From NCBI GenBank assembly GCA_021613535.1, contig CP075493.1, forward strand, positions 13,020,001 through 13,084,000: DNA of 64,000 bases, given 5' to 3'. Shown piece by piece: positions 35,984-50,313 of this stretch (position 1 is the stretch's first letter; the number at the start of each line of letters is the position of its first letter). The notes below the pieces were generated by a model. It saw nothing but the letters and a program-made list of their open reading frames with translations, ran no database searches and was not told the origin of the DNA. The stretch is from Adineta vaga. Its lineage: Eukaryota; Animalia; Rotifera. Made by a program: the position numbers and the translations under genes.

Positions 35984-37157
35984 TCAAAATAAGATAAGAT
36001 ATAACAAAAACATGATATGGAAAAGTGTCATATTATTTTTTTTTTGAACTGTATTTAATGGTGCTGCTGGAATCTTTTGTAGTGTAATAGAGTTGTTTGC
36101 ATCCAATCGAGTTATTGTACTGAACATCTGTGGACGTGTTGATAAACAATAAAAGACTATTCGAATCCGACGAAGAAGCGCTTCTCGAAACACTGCGCCT
36201 GCCAATGTGTACAGGTAGAAAGGAAGCTGAAAAAAGAACACTATTTTATTCGATATAGAAAGAAGTGACTGAATTTACCGCAACACCGACGAAATTGAAT
36301 ATAAAAACATATTGAAAAATAACAGATTCAATAGCTCGTCGTTCAGAACTTTTAGAAACATTTGCTGTGATCGTCGAATAGATTTTCTGTATACCAGCAG
36401 GAGAATTGCAGAAAGTGAGAAGAAAAACTTGTGTAAACATTAGAAGAGTAATGGCCGACTGTGTTCTGACCATTCGTCGTTGACTTTTCGTTGAACCTGT
36501 TGGTTGTCCTTGTTCAATTCGATTTAGATTTCGCTTGATATTGTACACAGTAAGTGATCCAAATATTAACATAATCGCACATGGTATAAGAACAAATAGA
36601 GTTAAATGAAGAAAATCATTAAAATACGAACACACGCCACTCATTGGACTACATCCACTTCGTTCACTTTTCTGATTCGCTATATAACAATAAAATATTT
36701 GAGAATAACAAAGAAATATGACGACAGGTGTTATTATGATGACACGATAGACATTTTTCATCGATGACCAATTACGATAGTTGACATTTGTACAACTGTT
36801 TAACCACCTTTCCACAGAAAGAAAAGAAGTGAATAGAGCTGAACAGCTGTATGAACTGAAAAGTGTTACTATAAAAAGTTTACATATTGCATCGTAACGT
36901 GCAGTTATATCAAGTCCAAATGAACTTAAAAATCGAGTCGGTAAACCGGAAATCAGAACTATACTTGCAGCGATAGATGAAGCTAGAAAGATCCGAGAAC
37001 AAGGAGTCTTTTTCAATTCTTGATCAGTTCCAAAAATGACAATATTCAATGTAACACCAACAGATCCTAGTAGGAAAATAACAAGACTACCATAACGATT
37101 GGTATTCAACGATAATAAAGAAAGTTGATTAGTGAAGGCTGTACCATTCGATGACAT
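35984..37157 (-). CDS. Orphan rhodopsin-like GPCR (2 exons)
   Basis: Exon 37157-36279, intron 36278-36227, exon 36226-35984. Seven TM segments, 'LSVERW', 'LPFYLYTLAGAVFREAL'. Confidence 0.85.
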
Positions 37158-37280
37158 ACTTTACTTGTATGAGAAGATATTCTGTAGAAGAAAATAATAT
37201 AAAAAATGCTTTTATTCGTAAGAAAGAAAAAGTCTACGTGAGAAGAGAAATCTTCTTTTTTGTGATAAAAGACAATGAAT

Positions 37281-37369
37281 TGAACTATAGCATAAAAAAG
37301 TCAAAATTTACTTCTACTTTTTTTTTGAATTATAGCATAAAAAAGTCAAAAGTTACTTCTACTTTTTTT
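37281..37369. repeat. 45-bp direct tandem duplication upstream of the GPCR
   Basis: tgaa[c/t]tatagcataaaaaagtcaaaa[t/g]ttacttctacttttttt occurs twice (37281 and 37326). Confidence 0.9.
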
Positions 37370-38551
37370 CTCTACGTCCTGATACTATATCATATGTATA
37401 AAATTTGTGCGACAAAACATATTCAATTATAATGCAAATAATATTTCTCATCATTCGAAAGGAGAAGAAATTATGCTAATAAACACTTGGATAGGTATTC
37501 ATCAATTTATGTTGCTTTTTTTTGACGCATTAGTTTTTTCTCAAGGTTTCTCAAGTATAAATATTTGATGTCATCGTTTTGATCGAAATTCAAAAAAAAA
37601 TGTTTCTGACAATGCAACGCATCAACATTATCATCTATTTAGCCTTTAGATTAGAGCTGTGTTTGATGTTTTGTTGACGTAGAATGTGTTACTAATCTCT
37701 CGTGTCTAGATTATAGGATCGTATCGCATTGAATATGAATTCACTACGAGAAGGCAGAGAGCAAAAGTGTAGACAGTCAGCTAAGCAGCTTAATATGCTA
37801 TACTTGTTAATAGTTTTTTACCCTTGGAAAATACTTCTCTTCAGTTGACAAATACGAAAAAAGACATTTAAATAGACTCAACAAATCAAAGAAGTTGTAT
37901 TTATATTTTAAAGCGAGAAAATATTTATTTGTGAAATAATTTTCATGTAAGTTAGTTCTGTAAATGACAACAGTATAATTATTTTTATGCTTGAAGATGT
38001 ATGATAAAAAGTGTTCATTAATGTGAAATATGGTTTGTTCGTTTTGATGTATTATAAAAAAGATCGTTATTAGCTTTAGTATTCTCTTTTCCGTTTCCGA
38101 TTAGATGATGAAATTTTTCGAGTTATAAGATTGTCAATGTAGGTGTGAATATTACTAATCATGATTATTATACATCCCATCATTTTGAGATGATGTTCGA
38201 CTTCACATTGGCTTATACTTTTGTTTGATTTTCAGTAGATAAGAAAAAAACATCTTTTGTGAAGTTATTGGCTCATTTAATTAATATAACTAAGCGGCGA
38301 AGAGGTTCTCTCAGCACGGTACAATTCATCGTCCACAATATACTTATTTTCTTGTGTTCCCTAAACATGTTTAACTATCTATCACAGAATGTCTTCTTTA
38401 CATTTTTGGTACTTGATGATTTGATAAAAGCGTCCATTGCCTTGAAGAGACATATGAGAAAAGTGGATAGCATCAATGTACATTTGTCTCTTCGAACTAA
38501 TAATGAATAAGAAAGTTTTATTTATTTTTTTACAGTGGAAAAAAAATTATA

Positions 38552-39913
38552 TCAATCAATGATAACAGGAAATTTTTGAATTCGATGATTTTCTGAATCA
38601 ACAACGTAAATATTACCTTGTCGATCAAAGGATAAATCACAGGGAAAGTGAAGCTGAGTATTTCCATTTCCAGCTTCATCTTGACCAGCAATTGTATGAC
38701 CTTCTATTGCACCTGGTGACCAACGCATTATCTTATGACTCGACGAATCTGATATGTAGATATTATCCTGATGATCAATAATCACACTTGATACAAGAAT
38801 CGGTAAATTAGGATGTTCTATAGGAACTTGTCCATGAGCAACGAGAACACCATGCGTTGCATTTCTTATCCATTTCATCACTCGACCATTGTGAAAATCT
38901 GCTACATAAACTGTAAAATATTGATCGACAAAGATGTAACTGGGACCATAGAGATTATTCAATCCATTCCCTTCTTCAGTTCCACCTGCTACTATAATTC
39001 CATTCGTATCACCATATTTGTATCGTTTCACCACATAACTGTGTCGTTCAGAAATATACAGATCTCCATTTTTATCCATCGATAAACCCCAACAATCAAT
39101 AGTAATCATCATTTTCTTCGGATCTTGTTTATTTCGAAGAGACCATTGCATGACACGTTGATTATGATAATCACAAACGACGAGAAAATCTTTTTTCTTA
39201 TCAGGAATTGCATCTGTCGGTTCATTCAATCGATTTAGTTCATTTCCATGTCCATTTCCGCCCGCAACAACTTCACCATTCTCTCCATCGAATTTCCATT
39301 TTACAATACGATGATTTTGACGATCAGCTATATAAACATTTTGATCATCATCATCAACATAGATACTATGAGGACCATTCAATTGATTTAATTCGTCTCC
39401 CGCTTGATTACCTCCAGCAATTGTCAATCCCTCTTGTTTCCATGTTGTATTAATATCAATAATAAATGAAGGAAGTATTTGTTCTATGAAAAAAGGATTA
39501 TACGTTATTCATTTTTAAACCAAAGAAAAAAACACGAGATTATTTCTTTTATTACCTGTTGTTAATTGAATTTCTGTATTTGTCATTTCGGCTGTTGTTG
39601 TATATTCAATAGATGTTCTTTTCGTTTTAACAATAATTAGTGGAATTATTACAATTAAGATTAGAACAACAATGATGATTATTATCCATAATAATTTTCT
39701 TCTCCGAAAATATTCGCAGCTATAGAATTAGTAATTTCTGATAGATATGAATAATATCTCAATTCAAAACAATATACATACATTGTTCTTGATCGTACTA
39801 TAGTCGAATCATCTGCTTCAGACTGAAATAAAAAATAAAGATTAATTTATGTTATTTTTCTCGTTCTCAATAGGAAAAATTACATTTGAAATGCCAATTC
39901 TATTACTGCTCAT
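38552..39913 (-). CDS. Type II membrane protein with short Thr-rich stalk and C-terminal NHL beta-propeller (4 exons)
   Basis: Spliced: MSSNRIGISN-SEADDSTIVRSRTI-CEYFRRRK LLWIIIIIVVLILIVIIPLIIV KTKR..TT-EQILPS..WKQEGLTIAGGN. Final exon 39483-38552 holds all NHL repeats. Confidence 0.88.
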
Positions 39914-40570
39914 ATGTGTAGCTTGTTAAAAAAGATTTGAAACTGATTCATTTAAAAGCTTTTCCATTCTTTTCAGATAAATTATAATTGTAGAACATAT
40001 GTATCAAATAAAATCCTCTACTTATAATGATATTTACACATATGACCTTTTATTTTTTTAATTTTACGTAGGTTTCAGAAGCGATTGAAAGTCAGCGCTT
40101 TTTAAGAGGAAAGAAAGTTTGATACAGAATTGATTAGCGAGGATTATTCAGAGAATTGTCAAACTGTTAGCTGATCTGTATAATACATCATTGTATAATA
40201 TGTAATCGTTCAAAATATAATTTGAATTGAAATATTATTTATTCTATGATTTTTGCTGATGCAATATACCAAACAAGACATTGATTTAGTGAAAGAATTT
40301 ATATACTGCGAAACAGAACGATGTCATGATTAATAATACTCATGTCCAGACCAACTGATTATAATTTTATTTCGAGTTTGCAATATGATGATTGTGATAA
40401 AGAGATAAAATAAGTAAAACAATCCTTTTGCTTACGATTTTTTTCTTTAGATAAAATGCGAGTAGTCAACATAGTTAGAATACTATTATCTTGACTATGT
40501 GTTGTTCTTTCTCTTTTCTATTGCGTATGTTTTATTTCAGTGATAGTTTGAAGTCATTTTTTTTAGATAA

Positions 40571-41756
40571 ATGTTATCCGAAGAATCGGTTTACGTCCAA
40601 TTGGGACCACGGAAATGGAAATTGGGAGGTGAATGTTTAAAGTTGTTGGAATCATGTAACCAATGTTTAGAAGCTGAAGACGTAGGTCTAGCTTTAAGAA
40701 ATCAATTGAATGAAAAAGGCTATATTTATTTAAAACATTTCTTACCAGAAGAGGATGTACTGAAAGCAAGAGCTACAGGTAATTCAAAAACAAACAAAAG
40801 ATATTAAACTGAATTGTTTTCGTTTCAGTTCTGGAATATATTCAAAATCTGAATGATACAGGTGTACTGAAAAAATCAGTATTTGCTTCAACGTATATGG
40901 ATGGTATCTTATCCATTGGTTGTGATGTTGGATGTATTCCATTTATGGAAGGAAAAAATCCTGTTACCAGTCATGCAGCGGTATTAAATATTATTGAAAA
41001 TCCTAAATTATATGATATTTTTACCAGCATTTTCCATGGTGTACATCCGGTTACATTTGATTATAAATGGTTAAGAGGTATGCACCAAGGTGGCAATACT
41101 GGTTGTCATATGGATAGAGTTTATATGAATCGTGGATCTTCTCAATTATTAACATGTTGGATTCCATTGGATAATTTAACGTTGGATATGAGTGTTTTAG
41201 CAGTTTTAGAAGGTAGCCATCGAATAGATAGAATAGATGATAATGGATATACAAAATTACAAAGTACCTATGCGAATATGGATGTTGATAGAGATCAATT
41301 ACAAGGAACTGGCTGGTTTACAGAAGATCCAATGGAATTCTATTACTTAAATGAAATGCCTGAAAGGAAAAATACAGTTGAGCGTTCATTAACTCCTTCA
41401 GAACCTATTTGGAAAACAACAGGTAATTCGAAATAGGATTGTGCAACCTGAAATATTTGATCTATTTCTTTTCTAATTTTATAGCTTTCTCAGCTGGTGA
41501 TATTCTAATTTTTACGATGCGTACTATTCATATGTCATCCATTAATTTAACGAACAAACTACGTCTTTCTTGTGATACACGTTGGCAACCTTCGAATGAA
41601 CCAATAGATCCTAGATTTGGTCAACAGGAAACGAGTATTCCATTGGGTCATACTGAATTGAAATTCGGTCTTTATGCCAAGAACGATGATACAATAGAAG
41701 ATGGAAAAACAACAATGGAGCAATGGCGAAATAAATGGGGTTTTCCAATGAAATGA
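40571..41756 (+). CDS. Phytanoyl-CoA dioxygenase (PhyH) family Fe(II)/2-oxoglutarate dioxygenase, 3 exons
   Basis: Exons 40571-40778, 40829-41422, 41485-41756. Motifs KGYIYLK, TGCHMD (HxD), LTCWIPLD, VLEGSH, GDILIF..IHMS..N...RLSCDTRWQP. Confidence 0.88.
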
Positions 41757-42590
41757 GATGTAGACGGGATATCATAACACTTTCATATATGCTTTTGATC
41801 CATAAATAGGTTGGTAACGTTTTGTTCGCTTAATGTATAAACTTAAGCTTGTTTTGCTTATTGATGATGAAGCATTCGATCATTCATGCCTGTAACATTG
41901 ACTATAGTCAAAGACTATATTCCAAGAAGAATTTGTATATGAGTTGCGTCATCTCTCTAATTTAAGTGAATATCGACAGAGAAAAGGTAAATAACCATCA
42001 TCATACGTCAGTGGTGAATTTTCAAATAGATTTTCTATGGGTACTTCTCATCGTGAATATATTCGCACGACGTTGTGTACATATACTTGATGGAATGAAT
42101 GGTTACGATATACTTCAAAACAATGAAGGAGTATAAGTGTAAATTAAAGATCACACCTATGTCTACATATATCCTTAGGAAATCATAAGATCGAAAACTG
42201 CAAACACTTTCAGTTCCGTGAATCTTACAGTAAAATACAAAATGATTGAGAGTGATCTGCTCGATTCATTTTATGATATTTATAACGTGTATTAGGTAAG
42301 CAGAACAAATGCATATTTGCTTTACGGCAAATAATATCAGTGCAAATAATCATATATTACATTTGTATCTGACAAGAAAAAGGTTTATAAATTCTCGAAC
42401 ACAATCACATCACAAACTTCAAGTACGCAACTGTTACAGATAAGGTGAATAGCAACAGAAACAGCGAAAAAAAACGAATACAACATCTACGTTATATAAC
42501 TGGTTATGTCATCGGTATAGAATATAAATAACTGAGTCTTTTGTGAGATTCAATTATTTTTCTTACATAAATATTGATATTTAGGTGCAA

Positions 42591-45500
42591 ATGGATAATC
42601 TAGGAGATCGAAAGCAACGACGAAATACATTCGTCAAGGTTTTTGGTGAATATAAAGCTCTGTTGATAAAAATGTTGCTTTTAACCAAACGTAAACGTGG
42701 TCAAACAATTGCTGAAATTCTACTGGCATATTTATTTTTGGCTCTGCTTCTTAGTATGCGTTATCTACTTTCACGTTCCTATAAACCTCCACTTCAAATA
42801 CCATCATTTCATCCATACGAACCTATGTTATTGAATAGTACAAGAGCAAATATGACCTACTATTTTCCTGGTAAATCTTTTTGTTTTATCGTAAAATTGT
42901 ATTCGTTTTCTATATTTATTTAGATAATCCATGCACGACGGCTATTGTAACCAATGCAATGAATAAAATAGCAGAAAAATTGACCGATTTTCCTAATAAC
43001 GGTAAATAAAAATAACAAATACCTTCGTCCTTTTTATTTTCTTTCAAAAAAAAACTTTGAGAATCAGTTCTTTGATATTCTCTACATTGATTTCTTCCAT
43101 ATTTTTGCCAATTCTGTTTCTATAGTGGAAATAATACCAGATCCAATGATATCTTCATTACCACAATCAACAATCGAATCAATCTATGCCTATATTTAAC
43201 CAATATAAATGCATCGTGTACAACGTCATCTCTAATGCCTGATGAAATTCAATATACACTACGAATGCAGGAGTAAGATTTTTATCTCTATGTATAGAAC
43301 GATGATCAATTGCATTTATATACCATGTAGAAATGGTTTGAGTTACTATCGAGCACAACAAGTGAAATTGAATGATAAAGATCTTTTGTGGAAAAGAGCA
43401 CCTGAGGATATTTGTCAAGGTCAGAACAAAAGAAAGAAAATTTGTATTGTCTAGAATGACTTTTTTCATGCATAGATAATTCCACTTGGATCAATTATAC
43501 AACACAATTTTTAGGAGTTCAATATTTTATTGATTTATCAATTATTGAATATGTTACAAAGACCAATCAGACTTCATCGAGTGTTTGTTGATATATAGTA
43601 TCGAAATCTTCGAAGATTGAATATGATTATTTTAGATTCGAATGAACCATTTTGGATGTCCTGAAGTTTATTTAGATATATTACATGGTGGATTTAGTCT
43701 TTTTATTCCATTATTTTATTCAATTATCTATTTAGTAACATTTATTTTAAATGTTGGATATATTGTTGAAGAACGAGCGAATAAAACTAAAGTAAATTTA
43801 TTAGTAATGACAAGAAAGAAAAAGACTATTTTCTTGTCTTCATATAGGAATATTTGCGTATATTTGGACTTCGAACATGGGTGAATAATTTCGTATGGAT
43901 AACACGATCTATGTGCATATATTTAATTTTAACGTGTATTCTAACTGGTTTGAGTGTCACATCTTTATCATCGAATCAAAAGAAAGCAATTTTTAATTAT
44001 GTTCATTGGACAGTTCTATGGACGATTTTCTTTGTTTATTCAATTCAAGTATCAACATTTGCTATTTTCTTTGGTCAATTTTTCAAACGAGGTAAATGCG
44101 AGAGAATATGTTGAACAGAAAATATGGTGTTTTTTTCAGTTTTATTGGCGAAATTATTAGGTATTGTTCTTTGGATCATTACATTCATTGATTTCTATGC
44201 CAATGTTCCGATTGTTCTTCGATATATCTTATGTGTATTTCCAAATACTGGCCTTCTATTTTGCATTCAAATTATGCAACAATTTGAACGTCGAAGTAGT
44301 AAGTGTAGTAATATCAATATCAATCCTAGAAATCAGTTTTTTTTCCTAAGATGGAATTTTAACATTTAAAGAATTGTATTGGAATATATTTGATTATTCG
44401 TTCTTTATTGGATTATATCTTCTTCTTATGTTAATTTATTCAATTATTTATATATTCCTTGCTATTTATATTGAACGTATTAATCCAGGAGAATTTGGTG
44501 TTGCTCAATCGTGGAATTATTTCTTTAAAAAATCTTATTGGAAACCATTGACAATTCAACCGTTGGAAATGTTCAAGACTTCGTCTTACAATGAAAATCA
44601 TTGGATTGAAATGAGTTTAAGAAAGGAAAAGATTCATTCACCAGCATTGATAATTAATCATCTGACAAAAGTAAATCAAAATTGTATGATTGTTCATATT
44701 GATCTTTCCATCGGAAATTGTAGAAATTTGGTAAATTTACTGCTGTTTCTGATTTATCATTAGAATTTTATCGCGGAGAAGTATGTTCATTGTTGGGACA
44801 TAATGGTGCAGGAAAAACAACAACGACATTTATTCTTGTTGGTGAGTTCGTCTAAGACGTGTGAAGAATTGAATAGTTTCATTTGATTTTAAGGAATGCT
44901 GGAAGCAACAACAGGAAATGTGACAATTGAAGGTTTAGACAATCAAATATATATTGAAGAAGTTCGACAAAATCTTGGCTTTTGTCCACAATATGGTATG
45001 AAAAATCAATGAACAATAATCTATCATCTTCGATTTCTTGTTGTATAGATATTCTTTATGATGAATTATCTGTTGAAGAACATCTGCAATTAATTGCTAA
45101 AGTAAGAAATCAAAATGAAGTCAAAGGAATGCAATTGATATTTAGATGCGTCATATGAGTGAACAAACAATGAAAGAATCAATTGAAACAATTCTACAAT
45201 TAGTAAGTTTAAGTAATGATCGAAATACTTTATCGAAGAATCTATCTGGTGGAATGAAACGTCGTCTATCGATTGGTATTTCATTAATCAATGATCCAAA
45301 AGTAAAAATAATAATTCAATGACTTCATTTCTCGTCTTATATTTATTTGAAAGGTAATTATTCTTGATGAACCAACCAGTGGAATAGGTAAACTGAATTG
45401 ATCGACAAACAACATATATAATACTCAATTGTTGTTTTACAGATCCATATAATCGTCGTCTTATTTGGACAATTATACAAAAGCTGAAAGGAACGGGTAG

Positions 45501-48500
45501 ATGTGTGTTGTTAACAACACATTTTCTTGACGAGGCAGATGTTTTATCGGATCGAATTGCAATTATGAGTCGGGGACGATTACAAGCCAATGGAACACCT
45601 GACTTTCTAAAACAACAGATAGATGATGAATATCGATTAATCATTGATAAACAAGATGAACGATGTTCAAGTGCAAATATCAAGCAATTTATCAAAAGAT
45701 TCGTGAAAAGAGTGAAATTAGAACGTGAATCTGTTGATGAGCTTGTTTATGGAATAAAACGTGGTCAATCAAAAGAAGTTGGACAACTGATTGAAATTCT
45801 CGATAAAGAAAAAATGAACTTAGGAATTAAATCTTATGGTTTAACGATGATAACGATTGAAGATGTCTTTCTACGGTAAGATAGAAAGAAGAATATGAAT
45901 CACGGGGGGAAAATCGATTGAAATATTTATGTAGATTGGTCGAAGAAGAAGAAGAAGAAGGCGAAACATCAGCAAAAACAAGTACAAAACTTGATGATCA
46001 AGGTAAATAAGATTAGAATTTAGCAAAAATATGCATTGATTTATTTTTATTGAATTAGTTTTTTGTCAACAATACGAACGTGTAGATGGTGCTTATTTAT
46101 TCTTCAATCGTTTATGTGCATTATTAATTAAACGTTGGCATGTTTCTCGTCGACAATTAAGTTTATTCTTTGGTTTTTTTCTTCTATCAATTTTAATTGA
46201 AATTCTTGCCGTTGGAATTGTTCCAACTCCCCAAGAAATTCAATCAATTCTTCTACAAAATGAACGTGTTGATGATGCACAAGTGACATTAACTCCATGA
46301 TATACAATCCACAAACTATCGTTACTTACTCCAATGAAAATATGACCAATGTTCGAATGAATCTTCTCAATTATTTGAACAAGAACGGAGCTACTATTGA
46401 TGAAATCTTTACGAAAAATATTTCCACCTATGTAAAAGATAGATACACCCAATCTGCTAAAACATTTGTAAGTAAATATCAAATGGGTTTTGCAACATTT
46501 GTCAATGAGTTAACATTGGAATATGATGCATATTTTTCGACAGTAAATTATCATGCCATGCCAACAAGTTTAAGTGTTGCGACAAATAATCTTTTACAAT
46601 TTTATTCCAATTCAACATCGAAAAGAATTCAAACAACTAATCAACCAATTTTAACCACAACAAAAGCATCGACTTATATTGCAGAGATTTTATCAGTTCT
46701 TTATTGTTTTGAAGTTTTTCCGGTATCATTATTTAGTTTTTTGAATAGCATTTTATCAACGATTTTCATCGGAATTCTTCTATTAACATTGATTTCAGAA
46801 CGATTGAATCATTCGAAAGATCTTCAATTATTAACTAATTTATCACGATTTATTTACTGGTTATCAAATTGGATCTTTGATTTTCTTCTATGTTTAACTC
46901 TTTGTGTAATATTAACGATTATTATCAAAGTAAGTAGATCTTATACTCGAAGATACCAACGAAAAGATTCAAAAGGAATTTTATAATACCATTCATTAAT
47001 CGAAAATATCATATTATTTTAGATTGGTGCCGAAACAAATCCCAAAACTGATGCTGAAGTCTATATTTATCGTAGTAGTGAAGCAACTGGTTATTTCTTC
47101 TTGCTATTTTTTCTCTATACGGTAGCTTCACTACCATTAGCTTATGTTTTCTCTTTTCTTCCTCGAACATCGATCATTGGTTTTACGAATTTCTTTATTA
47201 TCAATGTAATCGGTAATATAATCGATGCAGTTATCAATTCTTTCACTATCTTTTCCGAAAATCGATCAGTATTGAGCGGTCCGAGTAAAAGTTATATTGT
47301 TGTCACATACATTCGTTGGATTCTTGCAAGTTTATTACCATCAGTCAATTTAAAACATGCATTATACAATAGTCAACTTCATGAAAATCGGCAATGTATT
47401 CGTATATTTAATATATATATTGGAACAAGTTTTTCATCGGATGAAAAATGGACTTCGATGAATAAACCGGGTATAGGTGCACAAATACTAATATTTTGTT
47501 TACAAACAATCGTATGGATATTGGTATTGATTTTGATTGAAAATCATCGTCGATTGAGACAAATTTGGCAACAGTGTAGATCGAAATTGGAAAGAAGATC
47601 TTTAGTTGATAGTGATCTATCTCATTGGGATGATTCGGTATGAATTCGTGAGGAGAGACGAATAGAAGGAGAATGTTTGTCTCTAATTTAGAAATTAGAT
47701 GAAGATGTTCGATATGAACGACAAAGAAATTTAAATGATCGAGAAACATTGAATAATTCATCGGTCATTGTTGCCCGAGATTTAATTAAACGATTTGAAA
47801 AAGGCAAAGGAAAACATCGACGAACTTATACAGCAGTCGATCATCTCAATTTTCATGTGCGTAAAGGAGCTTGTTTTGGTTTATTAGGTATAGAAAAAAA
47901 AAATGTATATTCACATCTTGTATTCAATAAGAATGATTTAGGCGCGAACGGAGCAGGAAAAACGACCACATTTCGTATGTTAATCAATGATATCAAAGCC
48001 ACGTCCGGTGAAATTTTGATTAATGGTATAAATATGACTGATGCAAAGGTTAGAAGATTTTCATTAACTTACATCAATGATTGTTTGCCTATTTTAATAG
48101 AAACAAGATGTAGAGATTGGTTTCTGTCCACAATTTGATTGGTTAATTGATGATTTAACTGTTCGAGAAACATTAATTCTTTTCGCCAAGTATAAACCAT
48201 TCTATTTCACAGTGAAAAGATCTTCGTCGTTTTTTTTTTCAGATTAAAAGGCTTGAACAAATCGGAAACGTCTCAAATATGTGAAAATATGATGCAATTA
48301 TTTGGTTTAGATATGTATGAAGATCGATGTGTTCAACGTCTAAGGTAAATCTGCAACTAGTAAATGATAATCAACAGGGAGATTTGTAGTGGTGGAAATA
48401 AAAGAAAGGTCAGTACTGCTATTGCGTTTATGGCCAATCCAACCTTGATCTTTCTGGATGAACCTACAACAGTAAAGCAATAATCTCATTTCGTTGAAAA

Positions 48501-49295
48501 TAATTATCAAAGTCATTCTATAGGGTTTGGATGCAGCTGCCAAGCGAAAACTATGGAAAGTCATTCGATCTGCTCGTGATCTTGGTTTGACGATAATCAT
48601 GACTAGTCATAGGTAAGCATTTTCTTACATGTGTACATTTCGTGCTACTTTTGATGAGAATATTTTTAGTATGGAAGAATGTGAAGCACTTTGCACAAGT
48701 AAATCGATTTTTCTTATGGCTCTTAAAATATTACTTTGATTTAGAATTGGGTATTATGAAATCCGGTCAATTCATGTGTTTGGGTAGTTTACAACATTTG
48801 AAAAATCGTTTTAGTACTGGTTATGCAATACAAATTAAAGTATCCAGTGAAGAGAATGTGAATCAAATTAAAAATGAACTCATTGCACAATTATCGGGCA
48901 TAGAATTTCTAGGTTTACTATTTATAGAGACAATTTTTGATTAATATTGATGTTTTTGATTATTAGATCAACACAATGAAATGCTCTTTTGTAATATTCC
49001 ATTTGTCAATAATAATCAAAGTACAATCAATATGTCAACAAACTTGGCTTGTATTTTTCAAATTCTCAATCAAAAGAAAGAAGAGAAGTTAATTGAAACT
49101 TATGCCTTAACTCAAACTACACTGGAACAAATCTTTGTTCAATTAGCTGGTAAAGATGAAGATCTTATCGATGATCAACAACAAGAACAAACAACACAAC
49201 CATATAATAATAATAATAATAATAAGGAACAAAGAAAATCTTCTAAGTCCTCGAATTCTATTGAATCATATTCGATCATAGTTACTCAATTCTAA
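42591..49295 (+). CDS. ABC transporter subfamily A, full length, many short introns; apparent frameshift at ~43195
   Basis: Two TMD-NBD halves. Walker [10 protein letters not shown] (~44795) and GANGAGKTT (~47941); signatures [10 protein letters not shown] (~45243) and SGGNKRK (~48390); Walker B LDEPT twice; TTHFLDEAD; C-terminal TTLEQIF. Confidence 0.9.
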
Positions 49296-50240
49296 TCATC
49301 AATCCACCGTTTGTTTATGACTATAGTGATGAAATAGATTATTTTGCTTTGTGAAATACTCATGTTTTACACGGTTATAAAAGCAAGTGTTGTAGAATGA
49401 TTTTTCACATCTTGTACTCATGTGGACAGTGATGGTGTTATGATGGGTATCTTCACTTGATTCATGACCACACCCTTCTGTTTTCGACATCAATCTCTGA
49501 AAAAATATGTGTCTGACAAATTTGAGCTTCAGATAGAATCAAACTTGAATTTTAAGTAAAACTTAGAAAGATAAAGAATATAGTACTCTATGGTAATTTA
49601 ATAGTTTGATTAACAAAAGGAGGAAAGCAGATATACCCGAGATAGTTTAGATATGTTCAGTTTTCATATGAATATAATTTTTTCGCTGAAGTACTCATAG
49701 TTTGAATAACTCATTGATCGTATAATTTTTGCTAATTAGAATATTTTTCGTGTTCACATAAATCTTTACAAACACGTTGTGTACTAGTGTGATGATCAAA
49801 TAGTTTCGTCCTCTCTTTATTTCTCCAATTTTATTCAAGCCTTGTAAATTACTGAAGAATGCAGATTCTCTTTAATTTATTCTTATGATTATCTGATATT
49901 TCATCATATCTTTGGGATACTCGTGCGACCTATCTTGTTTTTGTTGACCATTTACATTCATTTCAAAGGAAATTCTTGTCTAAATTAGGGAAATATCAAC
50001 AAACATAATAATACAAAGTCATTTTTTTATCTTACCTAAATTTCACCATTCATAACTCCATATCAACTATCAGCCTTATTCTAGTTGATTACCTTTTAGT
50101 ATATATCTCCCTTTAATATGGCGAAGTAGTAAAAAGATTAGATACAATTACGTCCCTAAATTATGTTCAATCCGTTATATTTTACGCCTTTTCGTGTGTT
50201 TTTATTTTTCAGTTTTTTTCAGATATTTTGAAACTCCCAT

Positions 50241-50264
50241 TATATATATATATATATATATATA
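50241..50264. repeat. (TA)n microsatellite
   Basis: About 12 TA units just downstream of the TPR gene stop. Confidence 0.9.
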
Positions 50265-50313
50265 AATCATAATATCGTTTTTATTAACTCTGTAAATAGG
50301 AAGGACTGAAGTT

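Noticed and set aside
31121-37369. Short direct repeats (21 bp at 31121, 45 bp at 37281) considered as CRISPR-like
   Set aside because: No spacers, eukaryotic context and no cas genes.
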